The position numbers were made by a program, and so were the translations under genes. Shown here piece after piece: positions 32,469-42,379 of a stretch of DNA of 64,000 nt (position 1 is its first letter; every line of letters starts with the position of its first letter). The DNA comes from Paraspadella gotoi (Eukaryota > Animalia > Chaetognatha), in the NCBI GenBank assembly GCA_051294375.1, contig CM119268.1, positions 14,529,396 through 14,593,395 of the forward strand. Reading direction: 5' to 3'. A model generated the notes under the pieces. The model was not told where the DNA came from. It saw only the letters and a list, made by a program, of their open reading frames with translations, and made no database searches.

Positions 32469-33607
32469 TTATGAGTTTTGTAATTCCGTTTTCACATTTT
32501 TATAGTCGAACAGTTTTAGCTCAAACTTGAGCTTGTCGGCCACGTGGGATAAAAGATGATGCTTGATGCTAATTCCCCAAGGAGTAAAAAATTTGCATGT
32601 GTCACATTCAAAAATGCGTCCTAATGGACTAAAATGGAGTTCATTATTAACAATGGGGTCAGTCCGAGAAACTTGGTCCATATGTAAACTTGGTGAATTT
32701 TTAAATTCTTCTGAGGACAAAATTGTTCATCAATAACCGAGTTGTCCTTTAAAGTGAATAGTAAGGCATTGGGATCTTTTTGGTGGTTTTCCTTTAATTG
32801 ACATATTTTTAGATGCTTCTTAAAATCTAATTTGCTAGTTGCCACAAATTGACACTTTTCACATATGATGAACTTGCGATGTCTTGTACGTTTATGATCA
32901 CGAAAATAACTTGTATTTTTTGTTTTATAATCGCATTCGTGACACTCGTAGATTTTATCCGAATGAACGAATTTATGCTTATAAAGTTTGGCTTGTGTAT
33001 TCGTAGTGAAATAACAAAGCTGGCAAAAGTATTTCGCGTTTGTACTGTGGCTATCTCGGTGGCGTTTGAGCGATTGATGGAGTTTCGTGGTAAAGTCACA
33101 TTCTGGACAGCTCAATATTTCGTTATTAGGCGATTTCTTTTTAAACTGAATTTTTTCCTTGATGATTCCGTGATTCCTCCGTTCGTGTCTGGTCACGTAT
33201 TGCTGACGAAGAGCCGAGTAATTACAAACGCTGCACTTGAAGGTTCGAGTGGAATGCCTTAAATATTTGTGTTGATAAAGACGAATTCGATTTATTCCCG
33301 TGTAGCCACAAATATCACACTGCAAATATAAAAGTAATATAATATTAAAAACCGATTTATTTATAAATTAAAATGTTAGGAAGCTTTCAATCTCTAATTA
33401 CAAATTTGGATAAAAGAAATTGCTTACCATGTGCGTTATTTTGTCATGCCAATATTTGACGTGAGCATTCATCAAGTCCTTTCGGGCCGATGAGAAATTA
33501 CATTGTGAACATTTAAACAAGTTTTCCTCTTTAATTTCTTCTTTATTCATCGAAATTTCAAAGTTTTCAGTTCCCATATTAGTTATTTCTACTGGAGTTT
33601 GGTCCAT
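32469..33607 (-). CDS. C2H2 zinc-finger protein, tandem paralog (2 exons; one probable sequencing frameshift near 32720)
   Basis: Exon 33607-33428 (MDQTPV...FKCSQCNFSSARKDLMNAHVKYWH..HM) plus 33319-32469 (CDICGYTGINRIRLYQHKYLRH...). The duplicate copy reads through the frameshift position (VIDEHLSSEEF). Shares the C-terminal SPLGRIFECxxCKFFTPWGI finger with its neighbour. Confidence 0.82.
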
Positions 33608-34123
33608 TTTAGCATAGAAATTGCATTACGACTGCGTCGGAGGATAATTTTGAAATATATAGATTTAGAGAGAGCCACAAAAATTATGTATCAAAAAGAG
33701 AGATGTAATATATTTTTGGATTTTTTTTTTACTCGAGTACCAGAGAAAGGTGCGAATTAAATTTTTAAACAAAACAGTCTTTTTAGTTGAATTGTCTCCA
33801 TATCTGTTTATCCTGAGAAGTTTTATTGTGAGACAAAATTGGAGTTGGGTTTCCGCACTTTTAACTCTTGAACCAGCTGACTCGAACTGAATTCGTGAGG
33901 ATGAAAAGCTAAAACAGAGTGCTCACTTTTGTCGTCAGAGGCGCGAGGCGTTGCAGAGAAAAACAAAATACGAGAATACTGAATTCAATTTCAATTGGAA
34001 ATATAATTAAAATTTTAACTATATTAACGTTCAAATTGTTTATTTTTAGCATAAAAAAGTTTCGATAATAAAAAGTTAATACAAAATGAATCCGCCTAAT
34101 ATTTATTATTCATATACTGATAA

Positions 34124-34360
<237 letters not shown>

Positions 34361-34842
34361 TGATATCATAAGAAGTTGAAAATGTATATATGGCTTCTAA
34401 TCATCAAGATCTTTAAAATCAATATTCGTATTTATGTTTTATTTACAAAACAGCTTCTCTCTCTCTCTTTTAATTATATGTCGCTCTCTCTCCCTCTCTT
34501 TTTCTCTGCAGCGGCTGTCCAGCGGCTGTCCAGCGGCTGTCCAGCTTCTCTCTCTCTCTCTTTTAATTATATGTCGCTCTTTCTCTCTCTTTTTTTCTTC
34601 TGAATAGGGGTAGCCCTCTCAATGGGGTGAGTCAAAAATTTAGAAGAGAACATGCTCAAACGAAAATTTATACATTTTTAAGTATACTTTCAATGTAAAA
34701 AAAATTCTTAAATGGCTCTATACCCAAGTATTTATTTTTAATATTTATTTTATAGAAAGGAAAAGAGTTCGACCCTATTCAGATTCGTCGAAAAACGAGT
34801 TCAGCTATGCAGCGGCGATCCAGCGGCTGTCCGGATAACCGA

Positions 34843-35738
34843 TGGTCTTTTCATACAATTGAAACATTCTTTGAAATATTTTCCACTTCATTGATAGGGA
34901 AGCAGGTACTCTGGGAGTGAATAAACGAGTCTGTGAAAGAGTCTTGATTGAAAGCTTGCAGGGACCTGCTATGTCATTATCTTGTAAGAGTGATGGAGGC
35001 CTTAAACCACCAAAGCCTGTCCAAAGTCAGGGGCAAATAGCTTATTTATTAAATGAATGGATAATTTTTATATTGGTTGTACCAATTTCATAAAATTCAG
35101 CTCCTTGTATTTTGATGCTAGTGCGGAGTACAATAAGTATTCCCGATCTAATATTTAAGGGAGTGGTCTTTTCATACAATTGAAACATTCTTTGAAATAT
35201 TTTCCACTTCATTGATAGGGAAGCCAGGTACTCTGGGAGTGAATAAACGAGTCTGTGAAAGAGTCTTGATTGAAAGCTTGCAGGGACCTGCTATGTCATT
35301 ATCTTGTAAGAGTGATGGAGGCCTTAAACCACCAAAGCCTGTCCAAAGTCAGGGGCAAGATAGCTTATTTATTAAATGAATGGATAATTTTTATATTGGT
35401 TGTACCAATTTCATAAAATTCAGCTCCTTGTATTTTGATGCTAGTGCGGAGTACAATAAGTATTCCCCGATCTAATATTTAAGGGAGTGGTCTTTTCATA
35501 CAATTGAAACATTCTTTGAAATATTTTCCACTTCATTGATAGGAAGCCAGGTACTCTGGGAATGAATAAACGAGTCTGTGAAAGAGTCTTGATTGAAAGC
35601 TTGCAGGGACCTGCTATGTCATTATCTTGTAAGAGTGAGGAGGCCTAAACCACCAAAGCCTGTCCAAAGTCAGGGGCAAGATAGCTTATTTATTAAATGA
35701 ATGGATAATTTTTATATTGGTTGTACCAATTTCATAAA
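34843..35738. repeat. Tandem repeat, about 322-bp unit x 2.8
   Basis: Units start at 34843, 35164 and 35488 (TGGTCTTTTCATACAATTG...). The array is absent from the duplicate copy near 46080. Confidence 0.9.
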
Positions 35739-35836
35739 CGGGGGTGACCTAATAACGAGTCTCGTTGGCGGGAAAACTGTCCAGTATGGCAACAGCCAGG
35801 TTGCCTGTGATGCCCATTGGGATGGGGCATCTCACT

Positions 35837-35917
35837 GTTGGCTTTGGGGGCTTCCGACCCTCAGTGACGCATCCAGTCACTGGCGCGGTTACCCTAGGAC
35901 GGTCTCGCTTTGCCAAC
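35837..35917 (-). ncRNA. Twister ribozyme (type P5 permutation) in the 3' LTR of element B
   Basis: GTTGGC-AAA-GCGA-GA-CCG-TCCTAGGG-TAA-CCGC-GC-CAGTGAC-TGGATGC-GTCACTG-AGGG-TCGGAAGC-CCCC-AAA-GCCAAC. The core is complete: UAA, GA, UNNNAAGC loop and both pseudoknots. Confidence 0.82.
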
Positions 35918-36234
35918 GCAGAGGGAAGTCGTTAGGACTGTGGATGGAACACTACGCCTGGGATGGTGTGTTCCCCCTCTGAGCCAATGGATTTGGCTGA
36001 CGGATGGTGGACGTGAGGCGGTGTGAATATACCGCCACAGGATCCCCGGGCCAAGACATCACTCAGGTTCCTCAAGCCTGAGAGGTGTCTGACAAGACTG
36101 TTACCATAGTGGGAGAGAGAGAGCGCGAGTTGTGGGGGCATAGGCGTTTGTCGTAGCGTACCCCAGGGGCATAGGCGTTTGTCGTAGCGTACCCGAAGTC
36201 GGCAGGGCATAGGCGTTTGTCGTAGCGTACCCTG

Positions 36235-36270
36235 AGAAGGTTGCGTGTTCGAATCACGTCGGGCTCACCA
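36235..36270 (-). promoter_or_regulatory. Extended primer-binding site complementary to the tRNA-Trp 3' half
   Basis: The + strand reads AGAAGGTTGCGTGTTCGAATCACGTCGGGCTCACCA, matching the variable loop, T-arm, acceptor strand and CCA of eukaryotic tRNA-Trp(CCA). It lies 2 nt from the 5' LTR end. Confidence 0.85.
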
Positions 36271-36324
36271 CTTATGGCAACAGCCAGGTTGCCTGTGATG
36301 CCCATTGGGATGGGGCATCTCACT

Positions 36325-36404
36325 GTTGGCTTTGGGGCTTCCGACCCTCAGTGACGCATCCAGTCACTGGCGCGGTTACCCTAGGACGGTCTCGCTTTGC
36401 CAAC
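36325..36404 (-). ncRNA. Twister ribozyme (type P5 permutation) in the 5' LTR of element B
   Basis: Identical to 35837-35917 except for one C after P4. Predicted U^A cleavage between 36378 and 36377. Confidence 0.82.
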
Positions 36405-37253
36405 GCAGAGGGAAGTCGTTAGGACTGTGGATGGAACACTACGCCTGGGACTGAAGAATATATTCCATTCTCGAACTTGTGAGTGTTCCCCCTCTTGAGG
36501 CTCAACTGGATTGGCCTCGACGAGATGGTGGACGTGAGGCGGTGTTAATATACCGCCACACCAGCTTCTTTCTCTCTCTCTCTCTCTCTTTCTTTCTCTC
36601 TCTCTCACTCATACTCGGATTTGTTTGTTTTATTTACGTTGAACGATTCATCGTGTCAATGAATGACTATCATCGCATCAATGAATGATTCTCATCATAT
36701 CAATGAATGACTATCATCGTATCAATCATTTGGTTATCATCGCATCAATCATTTGGTTATCATCCCATCAATTCATCAATCATCGCGTCAATTTTTTATC
36801 TTTTTTTATTTCTTTATTTCCTTCTCTCGTCAGGCGAGATCCTGTTCTTTTAAGATTTTTTTTTATTGTTCGGTGAGCTCATAAGAGAAAATTTTCTGAG
36901 CTTGAAATCGTACTGTTGTAAAACAGGCACAGAATAAGTGAGTCATGAATCCGTTTTTGTACTTAACTGTTATTTAAAACTTTTTTCCTTAGTTGAGTAT
37001 CTATAGCGGAGACTACAATCTTTTACTATTTTCTTCTCGATTTAATGTTCACCGAAGTTCGCAAAAATTTAATGTAAAGATACACTAGGAAAATAACAAA
37101 TAATTTATTTGAATTAGGTTATATTCAGTTATCCTTAACAATGAATCGAGAAAAATGGTGATTAAAATAATTTTAATTTTGAATTATTAAAATCGGCGAA
37201 AAGGAAAAAAAATAAAAAAGCTTTCATGGAACTTCATTCGGTATTGAGTCCCG

Positions 37254-38392
37254 TCACCGCCAGACGAAGGGGGCGATCATCCCGGCGATGGCAACGAGCA
37301 TGGACAGCGTCGAAAAGACCTGAATAAAAACAAAAGAACAGTCGTAGTTAAAGTTTAACTTAAACTTAACTTAAATTTCGGTGAAATCATGAATCTCAAA
37401 AAAAAAAAGAACGGTGATTCCAATGTGTTGCGCCGCAGTGACTTTATTTTCACATGAACTAGCATGACAGAGCATGACTAAAAAAACTTTTTTAGCCCTT
37501 GACTGAGGTTTTTTCCTGTCTTAACAAATGAACAATCAACTATAAGCGAATTATATGTATTTTTAATGTAAGTAGGACAGATCGAACGACAGGCCGACGG
37601 AAAGGTGACTTATAGAGTTGCTAAAAACCTAAAAAAAATCCCTATCTCGAAACTCACGCAAGCGGCGATGAAATGGTAGCAAAGAGGGAAAAACATCTCG
37701 TTTGTGCAGATGGGAAAATCTGCTTCCCCTTGCAAGACGAAGACGATGCAGACCAATGCGGACAACAGCATCAGCGCGATCAGGAGGAACAACTGCAATG
37801 GAATTATGTTGAATGGAATTTGGTTGCTTTTTGAACCATACAGTTTTAAGATAGATATTAGAGACTTATTATTCGCTGGCATTTCGTTTTCATTTACAGG
37901 ACAAAAGGAAATATGACGGATGGCGAGATAGTAGACGTAATTACGTATATGTATCAAATGTTACTCGTTGTTGCGCTTTTGGTCGGGCCTTTCTTACCAC
38001 GAAGGCTTTCCGAACAAACTTTTCCAACTGGATGCAAGAGATGACGAGGATTCCAAAGGCGATAAAAATCGTCATCATCGTCATGATTTCGTAGACGATC
38101 CACTTGACCGGCCGACCCGGGATCCCGACCTGCTGGTAATGCTCGAAGAGGCCGACGGCGGTGATGTTGAAGACCTGAAGTACAGAGAGCAGGCGAGAAA
38201 GTTATTTGGGAGAGGATGTAATTAAAGAGACTACATATGAAAGTGAAAAAAGTGGATAGTTCAAAGTTGGCGGGAGCTCACTTTGGCAGTTTCAATAAGA
38301 TGAATAAATCGAATCGATTGACCCAGACCAAAAATACTCACGATTATGATTAGGGCGAAAATGCCGATGAGACTTAACCTAACGGTGATCAT
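37254..38392 (-). CDS. Small four-TM membrane protein, paralog 5 (142 aa, 4 exons)
   Basis: Exons 38392-38342 (MITVRLSLIGIFALIII), 38174-37998 (VFNITAVGLFEHY...VYEIMTMMTIFIAFGILVISCIQLEKFVRKAFV), 37792-37658 (LFLLIALMLLSALVCIVFVLQG...HFIAAC), 37319-37254 (VFSTLSMLVAIAGMIAPFVWR*). Confidence 0.87.
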
Positions 38393-39594
38393 TTTGAAAG
38401 TTTGTCGATTAAAATCGATTAAAAAAAATATTGAGACGACAAAATGAAAGTTTTTTTTTTTTTTGTGTTTCCGAATCGGGTCTCCAAGAAAACTGCAGAT
38501 TGGATTTGTTAAAAAAAACCGTTGGGGATTTATAAGAATCCTCTTTTTTCTCGGGATTACTTGGTTTCCGGTCGCAGTGAATCAGTTCCGCTTTTACAGA
38601 CGTATCGAGTCAAAACGGGTATTAATTTTGTTTTGTCGAAACTTATTCGTATGTACGTAAGAATTGCTAGTAGACTGCGTGAGACTTAATTTACTTACTA
38701 TAAATCAATAACGGATATTGGATTCCGCAAACGAAAACGCTGCTTTTTGTAAGGCTTTGAAAAAGAAACCATCTTTCTTCTCTTATCTGTTTCGAGAATA
38801 ATCTGAGGTGGAAAGTTCCGTTTCCAGTCACCCTTTGCAATTTTGAACCAATCGTTGCCTCTGAGAGACTTCAATTCTGGCATTTTCCCCTACACTTACG
38901 CCCGCTCGCATTTATTGAGAATGTCTATTTTGTAATTTGTGAAGTATGCAGGACTGAATAAAAAAAGACATTTCTTTCAAAAAAGAAATTTTAATAGTCT
39001 TAAAATTTAATTTAAAAACAATTTAAAATTGATAATTAAATTTAAAAAATTAATGTAACTCGAAAGAATAGGATTTTTCTTTTCACGAAATAATTTTCAG
39101 ATTTTAAAATCAATTAAAAACAGACGCAACTTTGAAAACTAAAGATATTCTAATATGATGTTTAATTGTAAAATTATGTTTTAAGTCTCAATTTTTTATG
39201 GTTTTGTTTAATTTTCTCCAGATTATCTGTTACGTACCGCTATCACCAAAAATTTTCAAAAATAAACTGTGTAACAAGACAGAAATAAAGCTAATTATAT
39301 TCAATAACTCGGATGAACTCTTAATTGCACATTAATCTAATGAATTTTTTTTTTTCGAACGATAAATCTTGAACAAACGAAAGAAAAAAGAATTAAGAGG
39401 GCAAATTCTTTGGCATGACTAAATACTCAGAGCTTCGAATAAAAAAATGTTCACAGATTGAACGCAGGGAACGTTGGGCGCGGTCGAGGGGCAACTTGCC
39501 CGTCGCACACAAAAAACAAACATCGGGCACGATATCCTCGCACGGCCGAGCACCCCGTTCCCGAACGAGTACAAAAGGAACGTCAATTTCAAAA

Positions 39595-40751
39595 TCAGGT
39601 GGTCGGGCAAGAGCCAAGGTTGACGTCCCCGAACGGTTCGCCACCCCTGAGTGGCTGCGTTCGATTCTCGAAACGGAAGTCGCGGATGCAGCCGACGAAG
39701 GGTTCCGTGGCGCGAAGGGCGGCGAAGGTCGCCCCCTCGGGCACGCCTCCGACGTAGAACGGATCGTTAGTGTCCGTCGAAGAAATGCCCGCCTAGATAA
39801 AACCAAGTTTAGAGAAAGTTAATGAACGAATTGACAAAACAGAATTGTAATTGGCAAGGCTTCAACAGTCCTTCATTGCAACAACTTACCTTTCCGATGC
39901 CCGGAGTCTGGAAATCGTCGTCGACCGTGAGAGTCACAACGTTTTTAGCTTTCACCGCCTTTTGAGAATTGAAGAAAAAGAATAAGGGCATTGAGAATTA
40001 ATTAAGTCAAAACATAAACAAGACAAACACACATTGAAGAGACGAGAAGGATCGTATCCTCACCATGATCTCGTGCCAGTTTCCGTCGCACAAGTAGTTC
40101 TTGGCTTCGGGTTCGTATTTGGTGAGGATCTCCCCGGCTCCGTTGTTGGCGCTGAAGATCAGATTGCCGTCCTGCATCTGCAGCATGAGGTAGTCGTCCT
40201 TGCGCGCGGATTGGATGGCGACGATGGCGCCGTCCATCGTGCGAGGTTTCATGGCGAATTTGATGATCAGGTCGAGTCCCACGCGGAAGTTGTCGACTAG
40301 GTTGTGAAAGAGTGAAAAATTGAATATAAGTTTGTATTCTTACCTATATTTACTACTTTTTCATAAACAACTTTGCTTTCGTACAGAGTTTGATGTATCC
40401 TCCATCGATGCCAAAGAAAGTCCCGTCCTCCGATTCGGCGGAGCATAGGCTGGTCCCCACCTCGACGGGCGCTTCCCGAGACTCGAACCGACTGTTCTTT
40501 TGTTTAAAGTCGCGCATACATCCGATGAAACCAGAGGAGACGCTCTGCAGCGAAAATTTTTTTTTTTTTTAAAGCCAAAGAAAAGGCCAATTGCATGGGA
40601 CTACGAAGTAAAGTTTCACACTAAGTTTTGTAATTTATAACAAAAAAGAAAACTTACGTCCACGTTCCTCATAAACTTCTTTCTGTATTTTCCTTCTTTA
40701 ACTTCAGGCGCGATGCCGCCAAGGTAGAAAGGAGGTTTGATGTTCATCGAC
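39595..40751 (-). CDS. LAMA3/5: Laminin alpha terminal exons (end of LG4 and LG5), intact copy
   Basis: Exons 40751-40658, 40544-40385, 40296-40064, 39958-39890 and 39792-39595, ending PFYVGGVP...FVGCIRDF...VNLGSCPTT*. The frame is open. Confidence 0.88.
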
Positions 40752-41049
40752 CTAAAAATATAATGAGATTATTAAAATTATAAAGTGATAATCCAATACG
40801 TTAGCTCGGTCGCTCTTAAAGCCGGGTAAGTATTGAATAGAAACGATGAAAAATGGCTCAAATAATTTCAGGAGAATTATCATTATTTCGGGATTCAAGG
40901 CTAAAGAAAGATTTCAGTCAATTTTCGTTTACCAACGAAATATTTTTTATCCAAACGTCAATTCATCAAAACAGGGCAAAAATCTATCAATTTGCATCAA
41001 AAAAAGGGAGAGAGAGAATCAAAAATGTACGCGCTGGGTGGTTGGAGAG

Positions 41050-41651
41050 TAAGGCGTAGTAAAACTTCTAAATTTAACTTTAATAAAAATTTTAAAAGTG
41101 AGGAACGAACAACATTATACTAATGAACATTTATGTATAAAAAAATTATAATAAATTTTACAATTTACGCAGTAGGCCATATTTATCTTAGTACTAATCC
41201 AATAAATGTTAAAATTTCAAACAGTTTTTCTAAGATTTTTTTGCAGATTTGGATTTGTCATAAAAAGTTGATAAAAAAATATAACTATTTTTAAAAAATT
41301 CCTTCATTAAGTGGGTCAAAAATTAGAAAAAGCTATATTTTAAGCTGAAATTAACTTTTTATATATTAAATATAGTTTTTGTAATTTTTAACCCACTTAA
41401 TGGAAGAATTTTTAAAAATAATTTATATTTTCTTTATCACTTTTGACGAGGAATTCAAATCTGCAATCAAAATTAAGAAAAGCCCATTTTGAAATTTTTC
41501 AATTTTATAAGGATAATACTATATATAAATATAGCCTACTGCGAAAATTAAAAAACATAAATTAATTTTTTTTACAAATTAATGTTCACTGATGGTATGT
41601 TGTTCATAATTGACCTTTAGAATTTTCGTACGTAACTTTCACTACGCCTTA
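41050..41651. mobile_element. Foldback MITE (about 600 bp, near-complete imperfect palindrome) with 8-bp TSD
   Basis: Termini TAAGGCGTAGT / ACTACGCCTTA; TSD TTGGAGAG at 41042-41049 and 41652-41659; arms pair inward to about 41350. An 8-bp TSD is compatible with hAT-type transposases. Confidence 0.85.
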
Positions 41652-42379
41652 TTGGAGAGTCCACAATGCGGACTGGGGTATCATTCAACGCAAACTACTT
41701 TTCAATATAAAGAGAAATATATCAAAACGGAAATTGCTACCATGGCAGATGGGTCTTGCTTATAATCGATAAATATGGCTGACTCTAAAATAATTTTATA
41801 TTTGTGTTGGATAAAAAATATGTTGAATAATATCCGCTTTTAAATGTAGCGACGGTATGACGAGGAATGGGAGATAGAATGAATTGTTTTTCTGTGCAAG
41901 TTGTTTAAACTTTCGATAAAGCAGTACATTTTTAAAACCGAGGAACTTCACGCAATTTCAGGAGCCACGTGGTGGAAAAAACAAACGTGGTTCACTCTAA
42001 CGGCAGTTACCTGTCCTTTCCAGAGGCACTACGTTTTTTTTGTCAAAGGAAAGGAAAATATAAAACCGAGATTAGGTCTACAAGCTAATTTGACACCAGA
42101 AACAAAATAAAACGTTACACGCAACCAAAACCAGTAAAGTTCATGATTTTTTTTATTTTCATTCTTGATAATTTTTTTTTTTTTGCATGATGGTTGCCGC
42201 TAACGATCCTTTTCATTTCTGCAATATTATAATATAATAACGAGTTAATCTTTCTACGGAAAGATTAAAAGTTTTTTTTTTTCGTTCCGAGATGCGAGTT
42301 TTTTTCGTAGTGGCGAAACAATAACAATAACTGTCGCCCACGAAAACTCGAGAAAGATTTATTAACACGGAACTTCGTT

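Larger units (their letters stand above)
35785..36560 (-). mobile_element. Non-autonomous mini LTR retrotransposon (TRIM / retrozyme-like), subfamily B
   Basis: 5' LTR 36560-36273 and 3' LTR 36039-35785 with TGTGGC...GCCATA termini. TSD CCAG at 35781-35784 and 36561-36564. 36-nt tRNA-Trp match at 36235-36270. GGGGATCC precedes the 3' LTR. Three internal ~28-bp repeats. The empty site (single CCAG) is seen near 46123 in the duplicate copy. Confidence 0.93.

Noticed and set aside
32715-32730. Programmed frameshift or pseudogenisation in the ZF gene
   Set aside because: The duplicate copy reads through in frame here; a homopolymer sequencing error is more likely.
34843-35738. Hammerhead non-LTR retrozyme interpretation of the 322-bp array
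   Set aside because: No CUGANGA...GAAA core found on either strand by eye.
36136-36232. Three ~28-bp direct repeats resembling a CRISPR array
   Set aside because: Spacers are only about 3-10 bp, the context is eukaryotic, and the repeats lie inside the retroelement internal region.
36235-36270. tRNA-Trp gene
   Set aside because: Only the 3' half is present, with encoded CCA and adjacent to an LTR; it is a primer-binding site.
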